DNA from: Desulfobacteraceae bacterium
GTDB lineage: Bacteria; Desulfobacterota; Desulfobacteria; Desulfobacterales; JAJDOA01
Reading direction: 5' to 3'
DNA: 42,226 bases
NCBI GenBank assembly: GCA_022340405.1
Contig: JAJDOA010000273.1
Location: forward strand, 1-42,226
Part shown: positions 34,733 through 41,600 of the stretch, piece by piece
Layout of the letters: each line of letters opens with the position of its first letter
How positions within the stretch are numbered: the stretch's first letter is position 1
The notes under the pieces: model-generated
Told to the model about the DNA's origin: nothing
The model's input: the letters and a program-made list of their open reading frames with translations, nothing else
Databases searched by the model: none
Made by a program: the position numbers and the translations under genes

Positions 34733-35752
34733 ATGACGGAAGCCAAGAACGTCATGGTGTTCATCGAGGCGGACCGGGGCCGCGTCGCCGACGTCAGCCT
34801 CGAGCTGGTGTGCGAAGCCGGACGACTGGCCGAACGCCTTGGGGGAACCGTCGAGGCCGCCGCTATGGGATACGGCATGACCGAGGCCCTGGCGGATCTC
34901 GGACGGTATGGATGCCGCCGCGTCTACTACACGGAAGATCGGAGGCTGGAGCGCTTCGCCTCCGTACCCTATGCCAAGATAACGGCAGATATCATCCGCC
35001 GACGGACCCCGAAGGTGGTTCTTTTCGGTGCGAGCACCACCGGCCGGGACGTCGCACCCCGGGTGGCTTCGATCCTGCGCTGCGGCCTTACCGCGGACTG
35101 CACCGAATTGGATATCGGTGATTACCGCTTCAAGGACAGGCAATGGGAGGACGTCCTATTGCAGATCCGCCCCGCCTTCGGAGGGAATATCGTGGCCACC
35201 ATCGTGAGCCCCGAGAGCGTTCCCAGCATGGCCACGGTTCGGGAAGGGGTGATGCGGCTCATCGAATCCGATCCGGAAGCCCGGGCGGAGGTCTTGCGGG
35301 AAGCCGTCAGCCTGGGAGGGGATGACTTTCCCACCGAAATCATCGAGGTGATCGAGCAGGAGCGGTGCGTGGATCTGAAATCCGCACGAATCATCGTCGC
35401 CGCCGGAGTCGGTGCCAGCGATCCGGAATCGCTGAAGCTGGTGCGCCAACTGGCTCGACTGCTAGGCGGTGTGGTCGGAGCCTCTCGTCCGGTTGTGGAT
35501 GCCTGCGTGCTCCCCCGAGACCACCAGGTCGGACAGACCGGCACCACGGTGCGGCCCAATCTGTATGTCGCCTGCGGCATATCCGGACAGATCCAGCACC
35601 GGGCGGGAATGGCGGAGTCCAAGAGGATCATCGCCATCAACCGAGATCCGGACGCACCCATCTTCGACGTGGCCCACTACGGCATCGTCGGTGACGTGCG
35701 GGAAGTCATTCCGCGAATGATCAAAGCCTACAAGGTGCGGGGAACGCTGTGA
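34733..35752 (+). CDS. etfA: Electron transfer flavoprotein alpha subunit
   Basis: The C-terminal FAD-binding domain is IIVAAGVGA...GASRPVVDA...QVGQTGTTVRPNLYVACGISGQIQHRAGM...IIAINRDPDAPIF. The RBS is AGGAGAG. No N-terminal ferredoxin domain is present. Confidence 0.9.
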   Translation: MTEAKNVMVFIEADRGRVADVSLELVCEAGRLAERLGGTVEAAAMGYGMTEALADLGRYGCRRVYYTEDRRLERFASVPYAKITADIIRRRTPKVVLFGASTTGRDVAPRVASILRCGLTADCTELDIGDYRFKDRQWEDVLLQIRPAFGGNIVATIVSPESVPSMATVREGVMRLIESDPEARAEVLREAVSLGGDDFPTEIIEVIEQERCVDLKSARIIVAAGVGASDPESLKLVRQLARLLGGVVGASRPVVDACVLPRDHQVGQTGTTVRPNLYVACGISGQIQHRAGMAESKRIIAINRDPDAPIFDVAHYGIVGDVREVIPRMIKAYKVRGTL

Positions 35753-35785
35753 AGACCGTTGCCGGGGCGGTTGAACCTTACCGGC

Positions 35786-35811
35786 CCCCCAGCATCGGCG
35801 TGGGGGTTTTT
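35786..35811 (+). terminator. Terminator/attenuator-like hairpin between etfA and the acyl-CoA dehydrogenase gene
   Basis: CCCCCA-gcatcggcg-TGGGGG followed by TTTTT. It lies 34 nt after the etfA stop and 26 nt before the GTG start of the next gene. Confidence 0.4.
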
Positions 35812-35836
35812 GATCGCAAGCAAGGGGGAAATAACC

Positions 35837-37561
35837 GTGTCGAATTTTTTTCGTGACAATCCGGATATTCTCTTTCACATGGAGCACCTGGACTTTTCCA
35901 GGATCGTGGAACTCAAAGAGGACGGATTCGCCGACAGGGACCGATTTCCGGAAGCGCCGACGGACCTCGAAGATGCCGTGGACAACTACCGGCGCGTTCT
36001 GGACATTGTCGGCGATATCGCCGGCGGGTACGTGGCCCCCCGCGCCGAGCAGGTGGACCGCACCGGAGCCCGGTTTGCGGACGGTGTCGTCACCTATGCT
36101 CCCGGCACCCGGGAGGCCCTGGAACGTCTCCGACAGGCGGAGGTCATGGGGTTCACCCTGCCGCGGCGCTACGGCGGTCTCAACATGCCCAAAACGGTCT
36201 ACTCCATCGCCATCGAAATGATCTCCCGCGCCGACGCCTCGTTGATGAACATTTTCGGTCTGCAGGAAATCGCGGACACCATCAACAAGTTCGGATCGGA
36301 GGAACAAAAGCAGCGCTATCTGCCTCGCTTCTGCGAGGGTTCGGTGATGGGCTCCATGGCGCTGACCGAACCGGATGCCGGCAGCGACCTGCAGTCCGTG
36401 CGGTTGCGTTCGCACCAAGACGAGGACGGTATCTGGCACCTCAACGGCGTCAAGCGCTTCATCACCAACGGATGCGCGGACATCTCTCTGGTCATGGCCC
36501 GGTCGGAGGAGGGCACTACCGGTGGACGGGGCATTTCCCTTTTCATCTACGAGCGCGACGAACACATGCGGATTCGACGCATCGAGGAAAAGCTGGGAAT
36601 TCACGGCTCTCCGACCTGTGAGCTGCAGTTCGACGACGCCCCGGCCGAACTGCTGGGGCGACGGAAAATGGGGCTGGTCAAGTATACGATGTCGTTGATG
36701 AACGGCGCCCGTCTCGGCGTGGCGGCGCAAGCCGTGGGAATCGCCGAGGCGGCGTGCCGGGAAGCCACCCGATACGCCCGGGATCGAACCCAGTTCAAAA
36801 AGCCCATCCATCAGTTCGCCGCGGTTTACGAAATGCTCACCTGCATGCAGGTGGATATCGAGGCCGCCCGCACACTGCTGTATGAGACCTCCCGCATCGT
36901 CGACATCAAGGAGGGACTGGAGGAAAAGGCGGAGCGGCACCCCGAATCCGCCCGGGACATCGCCGGCGCTGTAAAGCGCTATACGAAATTGGCCGGGGTC
37001 CTCACCCCGATGGTCAAGGCCTACGCCAGCGAAGTCGCCAATCGCATCTGCTACGATGCGATCCAGGTCCATGCAGGGGTGGGCTTTACCTGCGACTTTC
37101 CCGTGGAACGCCTGTACCGGGATGTACGGATCACCAACATCTACGAGGGTACGACTCAGCTGCAGGTGGTGGCCGCCATCGGTACGGTACTCGGAGGCGG
37201 CATTTCCGAACTGCTCTCGGCATACGAAGAGGAATACGACTTCTCCCCGGTGTCCGAACGGTTCGCCCAAGCGGAGCAACTGCGAAGGGACCTGGAGGCG
37301 GCCGTTTCGGCGGTCAAGCAGGCCGGCGATCCCGCCTTTCAGGAATACCATTCACGGCGGATCGTGGAAACGGCCATCGATGCCGTCACCGGATACCGGT
37401 TGTGCATCGATGCCCTGTATTCGGAAAGAAAACGGAAAGTGGCGGCCCTTTTTCTCGCCCGGGCGGTCCACCGTTGCAGAACACGGCTGGAGATCATCCT
37501 CTCGGGCGACCGGAACTGTATGGATTTCCATCCGGAGATCATCGCCGGGTTCCCCGAATAG
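35837..37561 (+). CDS. Long-form acyl-CoA dehydrogenase (~574 aa; core ACAD fold plus ~190-aa C-terminal extension)
   Basis: MALTEPDAGSDL, WHLNGVKRFITNG, RRIEEKLGIHGSPTCEL, ARDRTQFKKPI and VHAGVGFTCDFPVERLYRDVRITNIYEGTTQLQ (catalytic Glu). GTG 35837 is preceded by GGGGGAAATAACC and lies downstream of the hairpin. The track start at 35759 is a TTG with no RBS. Confidence 0.85.
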   Translation: MSNFFRDNPDILFHMEHLDFSRIVELKEDGFADRDRFPEAPTDLEDAVDNYRRVLDIVGDIAGGYVAPRAEQVDRTGARFADGVVTYAPGTREALERLRQAEVMGFTLPRRYGGLNMPKTVYSIAIEMISRADASLMNIFGLQEIADTINKFGSEEQKQRYLPRFCEGSVMGSMALTEPDAGSDLQSVRLRSHQDEDGIWHLNGVKRFITNGCADISLVMARSEEGTTGGRGISLFIYERDEHMRIRRIEEKLGIHGSPTCELQFDDAPAELLGRRKMGLVKYTMSLMNGARLGVAAQAVGIAEAACREATRYARDRTQFKKPIHQFAAVYEMLTCMQVDIEAARTLLYETSRIVDIKEGLEEKAERHPESARDIAGAVKRYTKLAGVLTPMVKAYASEVANRICYDAIQVHAGVGFTCDFPVERLYRDVRITNIYEGTTQLQVVAAIGTVLGGGISELLSAYEEEYDFSPVSERFAQAEQLRRDLEAAVSAVKQAGDPAFQEYHSRRIVETAIDAVTGYRLCIDALYSERKRKVAALFLARAVHRCRTRLEIILSGDRNCMDFHPEIIAGFPE

Positions 37562-37623
37562 CAATGGGGCCCACAGCGGTTGACAAAATTCCGTTCCGTT
37601 TCATCATGCTTGTGGTTTGAACC

Positions 37624-37650
37624 GTAGGGGCGGGGTTTGTCCCCTCCCGT
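37624..37650. repeat. GC-rich REP-like hairpin at the convergent junction of the ACAD and HTH genes
   Basis: GTAGGGGCGGGGtttgtCCCCTCCCGT: GGGG/CCCC and GGG/CCC pair around a TTTGT loop with one mismatch. There is no U-tract on either strand. Confidence 0.3.
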
Positions 37651-37674
37651 GCTGCGAACCCATCGCACAAGAGC

Positions 37675-38301
37675 CTATCGCGCGGCGTCCTGTATGCGCC
37701 CCCCTTTGGGAGGCTGTTGAAGAAAGGAAAAGCAGGCGGGGGGCAGCCCCAGGAGGTCGACGAACTCCCAAAGCATGGCACCGAGGGGAAGCAGTCTCGC
37801 CCCATATCCTGCCAATTGCGAACGCGACCAGTATGGCCGATCCGGCAAGAGTTCTTCGCTCCACCGCTCTTCCAGCCGTTCCGATCCCCCTTTCCGTCCC
37901 AGTCGCGTGCGGCGTTCGATGGTTTGGATACGATAATGCATCCTTGAGGCATTTCCGGATTGAATCCACACCCGGATATCCACGGCTGCTTCTGCCGTTG
38001 GATTTTTCGAATCGCTTCGATCGAGGCCGGCCGGGTCGAATCGAAAACCGGATGCTTCCATCAACGGCCGCAGATCCTGCAAGACCTGACGGGTGTCGGG
38101 AATGGTGAAGCCGGCGGAGGAAACGAGATAGCCGGCCAAAAACAGCTGGAAGGCGTCGTCCGGGCTGTACTGACGGGCATAGCCGGACTGAAGCCCCCCC
38201 AGTGGATCGGGGGCAAGGAATTCCCTGGACCAGCGCTTCCATTTGGCCAGATTGACGCCAAAGGATTCGGACAACTGCCGGTTGGTGTAGTAGCGGATCA
38301 T
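37675..38301 (-). CDS. Hypothetical protein with MerR-like N-terminal helix-turn-helix (tentative) and uncharacterised C-terminal domain
   Basis: From ATG 38301 the protein reads MIRYYTNRQLSESFGVNLAKWKRWSREFLAPDP.....GYARQYSPDDAFQLFLA. This follows the MerR pattern of HTH, then G-Y-R-x-Y-s-x-x-D-l-x-x-l. The ORF extends to 38439, but that part lies in AT-rich, motif-laden DNA. Confidence 0.45.
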   Translation of the reverse strand: MIRYYTNRQLSESFGVNLAKWKRWSREFLAPDPLGGLQSGYARQYSPDDAFQLFLAGYLVSSAGFTIPDTRQVLQDLRPLMEASGFRFDPAGLDRSDSKNPTAEAAVDIRVWIQSGNASRMHYRIQTIERRTRLGRKGGSERLEERWSEELLPDRPYWSRSQLAGYGARLLPLGAMLWEFVDLLGLPPACFSFLQQPPKGGRIQDAAR

Positions 38302-38375
38302 TGCGGGGTACCTGCGGTGAAGAATACGGTGAAATGGAACAGCATTGCCAAATGCCGCATCATCATAATGATATC

Positions 38376-38515
38376 TTGTTATATCATATAAACAACCATT
38401 ACAAGAACAATCCTGAATGCGAAACCGATCGGAACGCACAATGAGCGGCCTTCTTTCCCAGTATCCTGGATTTCCGCTTCTAATATGATAAGTTGTTATA
38501 CCAGTCTATCATATA
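38376..38515. promoter_or_regulatory. Candidate operator cluster: 20-bp near-palindrome TTGTTATATCATATAAACAA plus repeated TTGTTATA and TATCATAT half-sites
   Basis: TATCATAT occurs at 38382-38389 and 38507-38514, and as its complement ATATGATA at 38483-38490. TTGTTATA occurs at 38376-38383 and 38493-38500. ATCATAATGAT lies at 38363-38373. All of this sits in a visibly AT-rich island inside GC-rich DNA. Confidence 0.4.
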
Positions 38516-38534
38516 GAAATCTGTTTCCATTCCC

Positions 38535-38563
38535 TTGAAAACCGCCGAATCCTAAGCTATAAG
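38535..38563 (+). promoter_or_regulatory. Putative sigma70-type promoter for the pfaA-like gene (TTGAAA-17 nt-TATAAG)
   Basis: TTGAAAaccgccgaatcctaagcTATAAG, 87 nt upstream of ATG 38650 and immediately downstream of the TATCATAT motif cluster. Confidence 0.4.
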
Positions 38564-38649
38564 TTAGATTTCGTTTCGAACCGAACACATCGTTCCATTC
38601 GGTCACTGCTGCAGGAAGGGCGCGAGGCCGGTCTGGAGTCGGTTTCATC

Positions 38650-41600
38650 ATGAAAAATTCCACCCAAAACGGATCCCCCGTCGCCGTCATCGGTATCGGT
38701 TGCTTTTTTCCGGGATCTCCCGGGCTAAAGCCGTTCTGGCAGTTGTTGTTCCGGGAAAGAGATGCCATCACGGATGTCCCGCCATCCCACTGGTCCCGGG
38801 AGGATTATTTCGACGAAGACCCGAAACGGCCGGATCATGTCTACTGCTCCAGGGGCGGTTTTCTATCTCCCGTGGCCTTCGATCCCTCCGAATACGGAAT
38901 TCCCCCCAGCAACCTCCAGGCCACGGACACTTCCCAATTGCTCGGTCTCGCCGCTGCCAAGGCGGCTCTGGAAGACGCCGGTTACGGGGATGATCGGGAT
39001 TTCGACAGGGACAGGACCAGCGTGGTGCTCGGCGTCACCGGCACACAGGAGCTGGTGATCCCTTTGGGGGCCCGTCTCGGGCATCCCATCTGGCGCAGAG
39101 CGCTGCACGAAGCGGGCGTGGCGCCCGAAACGGCGGAAACCGTGATCCAAGGCATTTCCGACGCTTACGTACCCTGGCAGGAAAACGCTTTTCCGGGCCT
39201 GCTGGGAAACGTCGTTGCGGGTCGGATCTGCAACCGACTCGACTTCGGCGGCACCAACTGCGTGGTCGACGCGGCCTGCGCCAGCTCCATGGGCGCGATT
39301 CATCTGGCGATGCTGGAACTGGAGACGGCACGCTCCAACATGGTGGTCACCGGTGGCGTTGACGCCATCAACGACATCTTCATGCACATGTGCTTTGCCA
39401 AGACGCAGATTCTATCCCCCACCGGGAATGCACGCCCATTTTCCAGGGATGCCGACGGGACGGTGCTGGGCGAAGGCATCGGCATATTGATCTTCAAGCG
39501 GCTGGCCGATGCCGAGCGCGACGGCGACCGGATATACGCCGTGATCCGGGGCATCGGGTCCGCCAGCGACGGTCGTTCCCAGAGCATCTATGCCCCCCGC
39601 GTTCAAGGGCAGACCAAAGCGCTGCGTCGTGCCTATGAAAAAGCCGGAGTGGATCCGGCCTCGGTGGGGCTGATCGAGGCCCACGGCACCGGAACCCGTG
39701 TCGGCGACGCCGTGGAATTCAGAGCTCTCCGTGACCATTTCGGAAAGGTTGCAGCCGGCGACAACCGGTGTGCCGTCGGGGCGGTCAAGTCCATGATCGG
39801 CCACACCAAGGCGGCTGCAGGCGCCGCCGGCCTGATCAAGGCCGTACTGGCCCTGCATCACAAGGTGCTGCCCCCCACCCTGAAAATATCCGAGCCCGAT
39901 CCAGGACTGGAACTGGAAGACAGTCCTTTCTACTTGAACACCCGTCTGCGCCCCTGGATGAACGACGGGCTCACGCCCCGCCGTGCCGGGGTGAGTGCTT
40001 TCGGTTTCGGCGGCAGCAACTACCATGTGGTGCTCGAGGAGTACCGACCGGAAAAATCGGAGATCTCCTGGGACGGTTCGGTGGAAATCCTCGCTTTTTC
40101 CGGAGCCAACCCGGAGCAGGTCCGGCAGCGGGTGCGTTCGTTTCAAAAAGACCTCCGGCAAATCGGCGACCTGGACGCCGCCGCCCACCAAGCCGGCGGG
40201 ACGCGCAAATCCTTCTCCCATCGGGATCCCTGCCGGCTGACACTGGTCGCTCCCGTCCGCGGCGACGTAGGGGATCTGCGCGACGACTGGCTCCGGAGAC
40301 TCGACGCCGCCCGGAAGCGGTTATCGGATGCACCGCCCCGGTCCGAGGATTCGGATGGAGAGGTTTTCCTCGCTCAAGGCGATGTGCCGGGCGGGCTGGC
40401 GTTTCTTTTCCCCGGCCAGGGCAGCCAGTACTTGTACATGGGCCGGGATGTCCTTTGCATGTTCCCCCAGGCAATGGAATGCCTCGCATGCGCCGACGAG
40501 ATCGCCGGAGGCGATGATCGGCTGTCGGACCGCATCTATCCGATACCGGCCTTCAAGCCGGAACACGCCTCCATGCAGGAAAACCGGCTGCGGGAGACGC
40601 AGACGGCACAGCCGGCCATCGGAGCCGTCAGCGCTGCCATGCTGGCGGTGCTGCATTATTTCGGCGTCGAACCCGACGCCGTCGCGGGCCACAGCTTCGG
40701 TGAACTCACGGCCCTTTACGCCGCGGGCCGCATATCGGAACGAGATTTTCACCGACTGGCGGCAACACGCGGCAGGATCATGCACGAAGCCGCAGGCGGT
40801 CGGCGCCAGGACGCCGGTGCCATGCTGGCAGTGAACGCTCCCCTGGAGCGCCTGGCATCCCTGGTCGAGAATGAGACGGAAACACTTGTCCTGGCCAATC
40901 GCAACAGCCCGAAGCAAGGTGTGTTTTCGGGATCTTCGGCGGCGGTATCCCGTCTGGAAGAGCGATGCCGGGAACAGGGCCTGCCGGCCGTCCGGCTGCC
41001 TGTGGCAGCGGCGTTTCACAGCCCCCTGCTCGGGTCCGCCGGTGCGGCCTTTGGCAAGGAACTGGGCAACGTCTCTTTCCGGGAGGGAAGCATCCCGGTT
41101 TTTGCCAACACCACCGCCGCGGTGTATCCAGATGATCCTTCGGAGGCAAAGCGCATCCTGGCCGAGCAGATCCGCCACCCGTTGGATTTCGTCGGAATGG
41201 TGGAAGCGCTTTATGCCGCAGGCTGCCGAACCTTTGTGGAGGTCGGCCCCGGAAGCGTCCTCAGCGGTCTGGTACGCCGCATTCTCGAAGGAAGACCGTC
41301 GGTTGCGGCCGCTCTGGACCCCGCGGCGGGAAAGCGTTCCGGGACAACCGACCTGGCTGCCGTGTTGTGCCGGCTGGCATCGATGGGGTACCCGATTCGG
41401 CTGGAACACTGGGAAAAACTTGCCGCAACGCCCAGGAAGCGAAGAATGAACATACCGCTGTCCGGCGCAAATTACCGCCCGGAGGGCAGTGCCGGGGAGA
41501 GCCGCCCATCCTCTTACGCTGCCGCTGCCGCCACTCCTCTCCGGAACACGGATCTGCAAAACCCGGTCATCGAAAAAAACCCGACGGTACCGGCTCCACC

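Noticed and set aside
38302-38439. The 46-aa N-terminal extension of the HTH ORF containing CSCNGC, considered as a small zinc-binding module.
   Set aside because: G+C drops sharply here and the stretch coincides with the palindromic TATCATAT/TTGTTATA motifs expected of non-coding operator DNA. The MerR-like HTH begins right after the internal ATG 38301. I keep it as an open alternative only.
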